Assembly: GCA_025201805.1 (NCBI GenBank)
Contig: MU619321.1
Coordinates: 84,044-148,043, forward strand
Direction: 5' to 3'
Source of the DNA: Parasitella parasitica NRRL 2501
Lineage: Eukaryota; Fungi; Mucoromycota
DNA length: 64,000 bases
A program made the position numbers and the translations under genes. Under the pieces are notes generated by a model, which did not search any database, was not told the DNA's origin, and saw nothing but the letters and a program-made list of their open reading frames with translations. Positions 39,234-51,419 of the stretch are shown here, one piece after another. How positions within the stretch are numbered: position 1 is the stretch's first letter; the number at the start of each line of letters is the position of its first letter.

Positions 39234-40880
39234 ATGAACGCTCGAACCATTATTATTGGAGAATATCAAGTCTCGCCAACTGTATCATTTTGTCTATATC
39301 AATTATCTTCGCCACTAGTGACACCACCCCGATCATTAAACACTCAAGATCAGCAGGAGCAATATTTCAACTACTATTGCTTGGAAGACTTGTTTGCGAT
39401 TTTTGACCTTCATTTGATCAAACATGATCTAGTTCGTTCTTACCGACACTGTCGTGCATTATTTTGTAAAGATGAAGAGGGTCGCTGCTACATCCAAACA
39501 CATCTCATGGCCGAAATTGCTCAAAAAAACAATAACTGTGCATTAGCTGATCTATGCCGCCTACCAGATGATGAGCTGCTAGCAGGCGGTGCTATACCTT
39601 TATTAAAAATGACCACATTTGTTCGTTTGTTTGATAAGCCGGCTGCGATGTCGCTAGATTTCGAAGCAAGACCACTACAGGGCATGGAGTGGTTCCTCCA
39701 ACAGAGCAAGATAAAATTAGAGCCGTTTTCGCCAACATTGTCGGCATTCATCTCGCCATCAAGCTCACCTCATCCAAGGTAATTGTCATCCCCTTTTCTT
39801 TCTCCTTTTATTATATTACATGGGTGCTACACTAAATGTATGTCAGTCGATCCAAAATTGGCTATTGTACCCTCTTGTGAGTAACCAGAAGTTAATTGTA
39901 TTTTTTTTAAAAATAGGACACCTCGTCTGTCATCGAGTGCTTCTTCTTCCCATTCATACATTTCACATATGGCCAATACATCCCCCGGAAACCAAGACAA
40001 TGTCATCACCAATCTACCAAAGCCCTCTTCATTGTTATTAAAGAGACTTGCACCCAAACATGGCTACAAGAAGAATTTAACTATTCTAACGCCATCTTAC
40101 AATGGCCACGATGACGTTCATGCCAACAGCATTCAGTCGGCTCCCTTAAGACGATCAACTATCCCACCTTTTAACAAAAATAACAAAATATCCAAGAAAC
40201 CCTCCCCCCTCCCGTCTTTTCTAACTGTCAAAAGCCTCAACTCCCGCCGTCTGGTTGCGCCTGCTACAGCCTCTGCTGCATCAGCACCATGGCCAAAGAC
40301 ATCTGCTCAAGCAACATTTCCTAGCCCTCCTATTGTGCCTTCGCAACAGCCAACATGGGGGCAATATCGCCAGCAGCGCCAAAACAAGCTCAAGCCCGCC
40401 ATCAAAACTGCAACCATGCCATATTTCCCCCGCACACCTGTAACATCGTCATCCAACGCCAACAATGCACCAATACCATCATCACTTTCTCAAAAGCAAA
40501 AGTTCCTGCAACCATTCGAATTCCTGTACGATCACATAGAACAAACTCGCACATTAAAAACCACATTAGATGACCACATCCGTCGCTCCTCGACATTGAT
40601 TCAGACATTACAATCTTCTAGCGCTACGGTCGAGTATCTTGTGCGTCGACAAGTACGAGATGTGATGGATCAGAGGTTCGAGATTAAACTGAAGGAATGC
40701 ACTGAAAGACTTGCTCGACTAGAACAGCGATTGCCAACTAAAGATATACCCATTTCCCCATCGATCTCTCCATCTCTCAGACGTCCAAAAATGGCAGCGT
40801 CAACAGAGCCTATCCAAAATTTAATCTCCCAGCTCATGAATAGAATTGATCACTTGGAGACCAAGTTAAAGAAACAATAG
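39234..40880 (+). CDS. Hypothetical protein, Pro/Ser-rich with a C-terminal coiled coil (two exons)
   Basis: ORFs 39234-39782 and 39969-40880 are joinable through an intron at about 39779-39917; C-terminal QKFLQPFEFLYDHIEQTRTLKTTLDD heptads. Confidence 0.7.
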
Positions 40881-41076
40881 TTTTCGAATGTATACACATG
40901 TAGTAATTTATACCCGTTATTAGGCAGCTATAAAAAAAGGACCTTTTTGTAAAAATAAATCAAATTTCCACCACGTTACGCAGACGTTTTTTTTTTTAGA
41001 ATTTGATACCTTTGTATCTAAAAAGACTCGTGTGATTTATTTGTAGAGACAAATAGTCCCTGGTAAGCTGTAGAGT

Positions 41077-42421
41077 TTAATCAAAGAAGCCACTGTTATC
41101 TTCATCGTATTCTTCCTGTTGAGTGAAAGCCATAAATTATGAACGTCCTTGGTAAAAATAAAAATAAAAATAAAAAAAAATGCGATAAACTTACATAGGT
41201 AGTGGTGCCATCGGGATCAATCGTAGTGACTAGATCAAATTGGTTTGCATTAGCTCAACACATACGGACAGTCGATAATTTAAATGTTTACCTTGTACAT
41301 CATTGTCGAACCATCCGTCTTCTCTTTCAGTGATTGTTTGTCGGCCGTATTCATCTATTGTATACAATATCAGTGCCTCCTGAACTTTGATTTCGTGGAT
41401 GTTATACATTTACCAGAAGTGATTACAGTCTCTTTGTCGGGTCCAAACCAACCGCCATCTTCGCGAATAATAGTAGTCTGAGTATTTCCCCCATCAACTT
41501 GTGGATAATCCCCTGGATTATAGTTGCCATATCCACCATCATATGGTTGTTGGGGCGGAGGGTTATAAGAAGGCTGCTGTTCTAATACGAGCATTAGTGA
41601 TGGCATTGATTGCAACAAACTATGTACTTACGATACTCTAGAGCATTCTGCTCCTGCTCTAGACGCTCGATGCGATTGTTTTGATCCTGTTCATGTTGCA
41701 CAATGCTTCCAATAGCTAAACCACCAGCAATACCCGCTGCCGCAGCACCAGCCACTTTCATACTTGAAGAAATACCATTTGATTTGGGTGGATATCCTTG
41801 TTGATATATTTGGGGAGCTGGGTATCCTTGTTGAGGGTATGCCTGTTGTCTTTGTTGCTGCTGCTGTTGAGGTGAATTTCCATAAGATGATGCGTGAGAT
41901 GGAGGGGGAGGGTAAGGACTGCTACTTCCAAGAGATGGCTGATGTTGAGGCGGAGGATAGCTTTCATTACCGCCACCACCACCATAAGATGCAGCCTGTG
42001 ACGGAGGGGCAACTGGTCTTGATTGCGGATAACTGTTACCATAAGGCGATTGCTGAGGTGGGTAGCCAGAGTGTTGCTGTTGCTGTTGCTGAGGAGGGTA
42101 TGCACCTCTATTGCCTTGAGTTGTTTGCGATGGGTATCCAAAGCCTTCAGGACGTGATGCTGGAAGAGATGGAGGCGAGTTGTAGTTGCCGTAGGCTGGG
42201 GGACCCGGAGCAGGTTTTTCCCAGTGTGTTGATCTAGTGTTGTGGTCAACATAATAGCTAATACATTTGTTAACTTCAATATAGTGTCTGTCATACAAGT
42301 ACTTACGGTCTTCCTTCTGGAGTAAACTTTTCTTCCCATCCTGTAGTAATGCTATGACTTGAGAAAACTTCATGTATACGTATAAGCTAAAGTACAAACC
42401 TGGGGGTAACGGGCCCGACAT
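41077..42421 (-). CDS. WW-domain, Pro/Gln/Tyr-rich protein (Wwm1-like), multi-exon
   Basis: Spliced PLPPG|WEEKFTPEGRP|YYVDHNTRSTHWEKP is a WW domain; AGAAAAGIAGGLAIG motif; acidic end EEYDEDNSGFFD*. Confidence 0.8.
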
Positions 42422-42712
42422 GTTTTTGAAATATCTTAGTAAGAAGAGAAGAAAGAAATCTCTAATCAGAACAACCGTATTTATACATATAGCACATGTA
42501 TGTAAAATAAGGTTTTACCGAACTTTTATACGCAGAGCAATTGCCAATTTTCATGTACGATTTCTCCTATTTCTTGTTTTTATTGTTATTATGATTAAAG
42601 GTGTTATTAAGAAAGAGTTATTTTGAAAAAAAAAAAAAAAAAATTGTGTGTTTCCAGACGTTCTTTGTAGGATAAAATGATGATCGTTTGGATGCTGCAA
42701 AACTAATTTATA

Positions 42713-45700
42713 TTATACGGTAAAAGACGCTTTTGTTGTGATACTCGCTAAACATCTACTGTACAAGCTCGTTACTGTACGAAAAGTTTACACTCAGTAG
42801 CTGCTTTCAGAGCCATGATTTGGTTTTTAAGTTCACTAATATCAGATCCTGAAGACTTCTTGTTATTTCTTGAAGCGACTCTCAACCTTGAAACACTGTC
42901 TTTTTGTTTGAGTAATTCCTCCTTAAGTCGTAAAAGCTCCTTGTCCTGGAAACCAATTTTACTGATGGACGATAGGTATTCTTGCTGGAGTGTATCACGT
43001 TGATGGCGCAACGTTGACCAAGTATCCTTGACAACTGGTTTAGCAACCGTTTCCTCAAGATCCTTGGCCTTTTGATCTAATTTCTCGTATTTCTGAATCC
43101 AAGCCTTAACTTGATTTTCCAATTCTATAGCCTTTAGTTTGAGTCGAGACTTCTCTTCACGTTGTTGTGTTAGGTTCTCAATCAAATCAACTACTCTAGA
43201 TTCTAATTTGTACGAGGCTTCCTTCAAATGGCTGACGCTACGAGCCTCTGCTCGAAGCACAACTAATTGACGACGGGCATGCTTACGTCGCACACAGGAT
43301 TGTACACGAATTATATAGCTGCGAGCGGCTTGGTATCTCTTCCGTGCTAACCATCCTCTCGCAGTCTTTTGAATTAAAATAACTGCATGGTCTCGTTTGA
43401 GTGTTTCGTGCATCTTTCTTGCAGCCACACCACGAATGGCTGTTATACAATGTTAGATATCAAAGTAGCTTCATATACAGGTTTAATTACTGTACCGGCT
43501 TGTATTTGGATGATAATTGCGCGTGTCTTGAGATACCTTTTTCGTTCAATATATCTTTTCCAATTCTTTTGGATTACAAGAGCAGACTTTTCTCTGCGCA
43601 ATAGCTCCATCTTGAGCACAGCAACTCTACGCCTGGCAATGCTTTGTAAAAGCAACATCATCTTCTGAACTCGCAGGTATCTTGTTCGCGCAAGGAAACG
43701 GCGCGCGTTCTTTTGGATCATGGTAGCACATGAATTCAGTTTGTCTGTTCTCAACTTTTCCATATATGCAAGCTGTCCAGCACGGAAAAAAATCTTTGTC
43801 AGGCCTACTTGGTACTTGTCAGTATCTTTGATGTTTTTATCCAAGATCTGAGAGCATATAGCTCTTGAGTCAGAATTGGCTTTGGGATCCCATCGAGCAA
43901 AGTCGATCAATGCATGGTATCTAATTTTCGAGTTAGTTTGCGATAAGCAAAAAACATTGCTCTTCAAGCTTTACCTCTCTGAAAAGTCCTTAAATGTCCA
44001 TCTAGTGGGATAGCCAGCACAGCTGATGCGGATTGTCTCTAGAACACCACAGGCACGCAACTGGGACAGTACAATATTAGGTTGAAAGACCCAGGCATCC
44101 TTGGCTTCATTAGGCTTGATACAGCGAATGTAATGGACGTTGGTTTCACAAATGGTATCCATCAAATTGATGAGCGACAGCTGCAAAAATGATAACTTTT
44201 AGTAACATAGCATTGATCGAAAAAAAAAAAAAAAAAAAAAACTTACCTTGAAAATGGAGCCCAAGGTTGGCTTCTTGGCTTGATTCATAGTCTTTTTAGG
44301 GCTCTGCTCAACCTATAAAATCTCATTAGATAAGTGTATTTCTATCGTATGCGGCTTTTTATCATTTACTACGGGCGTAGATGGAGGTGGCTGGATCATA
44401 TCGCACATGAAGGAGTTTTTGGAGCCTTGCAATAAATTTAATAATTCCTCAGGCACAGTATCCTTGTTTTTATCCATGAAACCTTCGGCTTCGTATTGAA
44501 CATCATGAGCATAATGAGCAACAACGAATGCATTGTTAGAAAATCTAGGCTTCTTGAAATAGTCTTGGTATGTAGTGTTAAAATTCTGATATAGTTTGTT
44601 ACAGAAGCCTTGATCTGAGCCGGAAGGCAAACGAGACTCTTCATCCAATAATGACAAAATACCCATCTTGGCCTCAATCATTTCGATACACTTTTGATTG
44701 TCGCTGAAAGAGATGAACTTCCAGTCGATCTCCTCCTTGATGTATTCTTCTTGCTCCAGCTTGAACACGTGTTGATTAAATTGTTGCTGGAGCTTTTCAT
44801 TAGCATAGTTAATGCAGAATTGTTCAAATGAGTTCTTTTTAAAGTGTTCAAAACCGTATATGTCCAATACACCAATGAAGCTGTGCACGATCTCGATGTT
44901 GGGGCAGGATAGACTGTCGTTGATGTTGCGGACCAGCCAGTCGAAAAGATGGGCATAAATGTATTTGGCGACTGAATCACGGACAACTTGAGCTTGCGTA
45001 GGTGACAGATTCGTAACAATTTTCTCTGATCTGGTCACTATCTGCTTTCTGACAATCCACTTTCTAAAATCGAGTGTATCTAGACCTAATAACTGAGTAG
45101 CTTTCAGCAAAGAAGGCTCGTCATCAGCCAATGTAGCATCGTTTCTTCCGCCAATATCAATATCGCCCAAATGCAGTAATGCTGCCAAGAGACGGAAAAT
45201 TTCTGATTGAGTTTCCGAGTGAATACCAATTGTGTTGAGTGCTGTGCGAGTTTCTTGAAAATCCTTAGCATCATCCACCGAAGGGATTACACCCGTTCCA
45301 CTTTGATTTAAATAATGAAATCCTGACCATTCCTTCAGGGCCAACTCCTGCCTTTCTGCTTCGCTGGCTCCTGCACATAACTGATTTACTACAGTGTTAG
45401 TATTTTGTGACCATAAACTATAAATATACGTTAATTACCTGATAAAAGATGTGGTAATTTCTCTCAGTCTCAGGTTGAAAAATAAGACGAGATCTCTCCA
45501 GTAGATAAGTCTTGTTCTTTGCACCTACAATATTCCTCTGTTTGTCAAATTGGATCTCAATGTATTTACCGAATCTTGAAGAGTTGTCATTTCTTGTGGT
45601 TTTGGCGTTACCAAAGGCTTCCATAATAGGATTGGTTGCTAAACAAGGCCGATGGATTAGTACAACAAGTAAGATTACGAAATGAAGAAGAAAAAAAAAA

Positions 45701-46623
45701 TTACCCAAGATTTGCTCTTCTACTTCAGTCATGGTTTCGCCTTTTGCTTGTTTACCAGAAGCATCTTTATCGTCGGCAGTTGCAAAATAACGCATGATAT
45801 ATTTTGCACTGACAGTTTTACCAGCGCCACTGTGTACAAGCGTCAATTTTTGTGCGCCCTAATTCAAATAAATCGCCCTTACCTCTCTCCTGATACAATA
45901 ATTGTTTGATTCTTATTATCTCTAATCATGCACCTGTAGGCATCTTCAGCTATTGCGAAAAGATGGGGTTCAAGTTCTCCTCTTCTACTCCCAGAATATT
46001 TTTGGATAATATCGGGTTCATAGATTTGCACACGAGCAAAAGGGTTTGCTGCAATCAAGACGATACCAGAGTATGTATAAATATTCTTTTCTTCATAACG
46101 AGTCTTGATGGTATTTAGTACTATAAAAGAGGAGAGTAATTAGAAAAGGGGTAGATCATTTTTGTGTGAATTCTTTGTGCATGTTCCATTAAAAAAAAAG
46201 GGAGTAAAACAATAAAAGTATTGTATCACACACACATACACACAAGCGCAAAGCAAAAGATTAACTGTACCTGAAGGCTCGTTGAGGTAACTAAGATTAG
46301 TCAAGTCGTCGGTATTCTCCATTTTTGGAGGGTTTCGAAGTGGTGGCAGACTAACTTTGTTGGACTCGATATCAGCAAGAGCAGCTTCAAATACATGTTG
46401 CTATAAAACCGATATCCTCTGTTAGCATACCATATGTTGCCATCAAAGCTTTATAATTTACCTTTTCGGCATCGTTGTCATCTTGGAATAAAATCTTTAC
46501 AGACTTGGCGTCTGTCTCTTTCGTAATAACCGAAGTAGAGGCCCAACCGAGTTCTTCATCGGGAAACCAAGCCTTTATGCCTGCAGAATATACCTCGATT
46601 AGTTCCAAGTTGCTTCCAGTCAT
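42713..46623 (-). CDS. Class V myosin (motor, IQ repeats, short coiled coil; no DIL cargo domain visible)
   Basis: [81 protein letters not shown], multiple IQ motifs; inferred last exon ends with a stop at 42713-42715. Confidence 0.9.
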
Positions 46624-47149
46624 TATATCTAGATATATTGATCAGGTTATGAGTAAAAAGGAGAAAGAAAAAGAGAAAAAAGTATTAAGAAGCAGGATGT
46701 ATTTTGAGTTGTGGACAGAGAACTGACCCTGACACAAAATGAGTTCCAAACTTGGATGGACACGAGTTCCTGAACACTAATGTTATTTACTAGAGTCTCT
46801 GTAGCACCTGTCTCTCTCCTTACCAAATCGTGTCATTTACTGTTGTCTCCATCCTTTTATGCCATAAAATGGGAAAATGAGCTCTTTGTAGATCTTGGTT
46901 TGGCGTTTACCTGCGTACAAGCATGTTGGCCCCCAAAGTGAATAAAAATCAGGTTCTTCGTAAAACGACTTAAAAATCAAAATTGGCCAGCAGTAAAACC
47001 ATTCAGTACAGTTTTTAAAGCAGTTCATTAATTTTTTTTCTCAATGGGTATCTATACATTAAAAAAGATGAAGAAAATATATTGTGAGTTCTTACTTTGC
47101 TGCTATTTTTGTTAAGCTATATGAACTACACCCCAGGATTTTACAAAAA

Positions 47150-47221
47150 GGGCTTCTCCGGGAATCGAACCCGGGACCTCTCGCACCCTAAGCGAGAATT
47201 ATACCACTAAACCAAGAAACC
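47150..47221 (-). tRNA. tRNA-Pro(AGG), intronless
   Basis: Reverse complement GGTTTCTTGGTTTAGTGGTATAATTCTCGCTTAGGGTGCGAGAGGTCCCGGGTTCGATTCCCGGAGAAGCCC forms a cloverleaf with anticodon AGG and GTTCGA T-loop, followed by a TTTTT Pol III terminator. Confidence 0.97.
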
Positions 47222-48698
47222 ACTTTTAATTTTGTGAAGTGCAAGTTTTTATATGACATATGAAGTAACTACAATACAAAGTAAAATCACGTGATATGCA
47301 TTAGGATATGATAGGATGAGTGTAGAATAAGACTTCGATTATTAGGATAATGATGATATTTTATTTATAAAATTTATGTTATGCTTATACTAATTGGAAG
47401 CTTGCTTTCTAGAAATTGCTATTAATTTATAACATTAATTAGATTGCAAGTTGATTTTGTCGTGGTAAATATATATTGCGACGCTTGAATTGTAAAGCCT
47501 ATCAAAGTCAGTATTTTTGGTACCTGAACGGAGTTGATATGAGTAGATCAAGTTTATTATTTATGAACTGGCATTGCATGTTATATGAAATAAGAAACTT
47601 TTCTTATTATTGCTTTAAAATATTTATGGTTTTGAGACAGAATCCACAAAAGAGAATTTGGGTTGGAAACTATACATACAAGAATGTTGTATTCATATAA
47701 AGGCTACATATGTCATATCTAACATAGTTATAATGTACGGATCATGATATTAATTGTTGATAATTTTTCTACAAATAAGGAATGAGCTACAATTTGTAAT
47801 TAAACCTCTTGCAAAATTATAGGCTTATGCAAAGATTATATCAAGATCAGATCGCGGGATGTCGGGGAGATATCCTACCCAATATTCTTTTTAATGTAGA
47901 ATAGAAGAACAGGTCTTTCCTGGCAATACTGTAGTTTAATAATGTTTGACACTGTTGTGCCAGAAAGGCATGAGATTAAGCAATTATTAGATTGGTAATT
48001 CTTTGTATACAATGACAAGGAATAGGCTATTAATGTACAGTAGAACATGTAATAAACTTGGTATTACATACCAAGTTCAATGTTTAACCATGATGACAAA
48101 TAGTGTTACAATAGATATAATCTAGTATAAAAAGATGGCATTTTCTTATCAATAAACTCATTAGTTTTTGTGTCTGATTTTATTTTTATAAAGTTATACA
48201 TTTTTTTGAGCAGATCATATTTATATATCCTCTGCGCATAACAGACACTTCTTGTCAAAACAGCCGATGTTATGTGGATAAACATTGATTAGGATATACC
48301 TTAGTATTAATAGAGATTGTATCTATCTTATTTCAATAAAAGTCTTCAGTTTTATATCTGGTTTTATTCAGAGAAATTTTTAATTACTTTTTTCATATAA
48401 CATTTCGCTGCGCCCTTTTACAGTGGCACAACAACATTGTTTACTGCAAAAAATTCCAATCAAGCCTCTTGCGCCTGCAGAAAATGAGCACAGAAGCAAT
48501 TGTATATACATGATGAAAGGTATATAAGAAATATGATAAAGAGTACTGCAGAGAAGTTTGGTGGTGTATATGAATAGTACAGAGGAGTAGAGGTAATGTA
48601 GACGTAGTTCAAATGGCAACATGCCACTGAGTTTGATTTACCGCTGCAAATATAAAGGTTTTTATTGAATGAACCACCTATTTCCAATTGAGGAGCAA

Positions 48699-49667
48699 CC
48701 CTGATCGTAGGTTCCTTCATTGGAAAGACTGGCAGGACCCAACTCTTCGTCACTGGAAGCAGGCACCTAAAAAGATATTCCAAGGAATTCAATCAGGTGA
48801 GCTACAACTTCAAACCTTCTTTCTGCCATTATGCCTGCCTTCGGATTCGTCTGGCTCGCCAATAGATGCTCCACCTCCAGTTTTGTTCTCGCCTTTTGTT
48901 CAACAGCTAGAAGTCTTCCAAGACGTCGGTCTTGTCACTAAAATTACTACCAAGACATTTCGACAAGCCTGTGCTTCCGCAACTGTCGCCCCAGCATACT
49001 TGTCTTCCATCGCGTCCACCCACTGGCAATTGTTTTGGAGTTTATGTCTAACGATGGTACAGAGAAATGTAGTCTACCGCTTTATCAACAACTGCATCCC
49101 TCACAAAGCCCGTTTAAACCGTATCTTTCCGGAACTCCATCCTTCCAACCTTTGCATGATCTGCTCCTCCTCAGTTGATTCCAGTGAACACTTTTTGTTT
49201 GACTGCCCTGCCAAAGCATCAGTTTGGCAGGCTGTGATATTTGAGTTTCTCTGGCCAACTGTCACCATTTCCGACATCATCCTGGCAATTAGATCGTTTG
49301 ATTTTTACAACATTCGGTACAGTCAACGAAATGGGGTACCAGCGTCGGTCATCGTATTCATTACCTTGGCCAACATTTGGAGATCCCATTTTCGCACTGT
49401 ATTTGACCGCACACTCTTCACCACAGCAGCAGTATTGGCCGGTATCCGACTCGATATTTCAAAACGTATCGATGAAGATCATGTCCATACACTGTTGTGA
49501 TCATGCTCTTATGAGCTTATTTTTGTTCTTTTTTTATTAACCGTTTATTTAGCCTTGACATATGTATTATCTTATTAGTTACCAAATCATTTTGCGCCCG
49601 TCTCTTGAGGCAGTCTCATCACTGTTCTTTACGCGGAGCAATCAATAAAAACCTTTAAAAAAAAAAA
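48699..49667 (+). mobile_element. 5'-truncated L1/Tx1-clade LINE with poly(A) tail and 14-bp target-site duplication
   Basis: TSD CAATTGAGGAGCAA at 48685-48698 and 49668-49681. Open ORF2 C-terminus with zf-RVT motif CMICSSSVDSSEHFLFDC..VW and NIWRSH; stop at 49500; AATAAA at 49644; poly(A) 49657-49667. Confidence 0.93.
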
Positions 49668-49836
49668 CAATTGAGGAGCAAAGCATGAGCTCCGTAAGAA
49701 ATGCGGGCATGCCTTAACATAGGTCAATAGCTGAGGTGTCATATGATACGTTTTTGAATATAATTTTGTGTAATTTCATTTTTCGTCAAAATTTAAACGG
49801 GGAAAATGAAAATGGATTTAGATTATGTGGCATTAA

Positions 49837-50004
49837 GAGCATCTCTAACGGAGATGCTAATTTTACAAAATTTCCAAAAGAAAATTGGTGAGAGGATGAT
49901 ACTTTCTTTTTTTTTGGACAATTTTACTCACCTGTAATGGTGTATAGGATAAACCGAATACCCACGGCGTATCAAAGAATATCAATGACACACAATGCTT
50001 GCAA
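49837..50004 (-). ncRNA. Candidate Fanzor omega-RNA scaffold region
   Basis: Positional inference only: 168 nt between the Fanzor stop codon and the downstream element end, finishing in an 8-bp hairpin (AGCATCTC-N5-GAGATGCT). Confidence 0.45.
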
Positions 50005-51419
50005 TTATTCTTTTGTATCAAAACGCTGGAATGGTGAAAGACGAGCGTCATTGTTTCTTGCTGCATGTAAAAATATGTTGAGGATGTTTTTTGCAGCCAT
50101 TTTGTCGCGATTCCAAATAATATTACAAGCTACAAGCGGTCTCTTGACACTGTAATACAGAATGTACTCTTCGCTTTGCTGATCTTTGCACAACGTTTTC
50201 AACATTTCTTTTTTTGCAGTTGTTGCAGACTTGACTGGTGAGGTATTCGTCTACCATTTGGACTGTAACACCACGATTTTCTTTACATTTTTGAAGAGCT
50301 TTTATGATAATCTTTGTAGGTCCAGATCTTTTGCCTCTCATGGTAGGTGAAAATCTTCCATCTCCATAGGCAATGATGGTTTTATTTGCCTTAACTGATC
50401 CATCAAGTGGTGGAGAGCGGGAGTAAGAACTGTTGTTTCTCGTTGTTGCCTTCACATTGGTGGACGCACCCGTACGATATTTATTGCTATCATGAGTAAA
50501 CATCTTGACTATTTCGCTGAAGGCTTTTTGCTTCTTTCTATAACATCTAAACTTTAATTTTGAAGACCTATTCCATTTGGTTAACACATTTTTAAAATAT
50601 GTACAAGAGTTTGCTACACTTACTAAAGGCCTCTTTTATAAAATTCATACATTGTATCGTAGGATTGTATACGCTTTCTGCAAGCAATCAAGAATTTTGA
50701 AACTTCTCCGATTTTTAATGAATCCAGTTCTGTTATCATTCTATGAATGTTTGTGTGCTTCGCTTGATGAATCTTTCGAATGTGAGCTGCATCATTAAAC
50801 CCACACAAGTGATAATACTCCTTTTGACTAAGTGATCTCACTCTACCAGCTTGGTCAACTATAGTAAAAACCGTGCTAATTCCAGGGTCTACCGCCCACA
50901 CTTGGCACCCATTGTCAATATCTGTTTTCAGGTCAGATAGCTTTACGGGAAGAGAGCCTTTCTTCTTTTTTGCTGTAATTCTTGAACCACCTTTTCTTTT
51001 CGATGTGGACAGAGTTTACTGGTAGAACTTGCATGATCTGTCTGTTTACATGAAGGACACAGCATTGGTTTGTTGGATTTGTTTTGTTTTTTGAACTCCT
51101 CTAAAGCAACTTTTTTGTCTTCTTTCTGTTGGACTTTCTTAGATAAAGCAAGAGTTTTGCTGGAAGAAGAGCCTATATCATTAAATGAGCTAGCAGTCTT
51201 TTCTGTTGAGCTAGAAGCCTTTGCTGTTGAACTCGAAGCATCGTTGGTGGTGGGAATGCCTGGTGTTGTCAAATCAGCCTCCTCTTTTTGGTGATTCAAA
51301 TCTGCACCTAAAACATAGTAAGACATATATTCTTTTCACAATGTATGTGTTAGATATCTACTTCTTATAGCTCTCTTTCCTTTCCTATCTAGTGGATCGT
51401 CTTTAAGTTTACGCTTCAT
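50005..51419 (-). pseudogene. Fanzor (eukaryotic TnpB/OMEGA RNA-guided RuvC nuclease), disrupted copy
   Basis: RuvC-I VWAVDPG, IIAYGDG, RuvC-II VDEYLTSQVCNNC, Zn finger C..C...CQETAC, RuvC-III WNRDKMAAKNI; N-terminal CPSCKQTDH..SKLC. Frame break at about 50945, 7-bp duplication at 50124-50137, two predicted introns. Confidence 0.9.
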
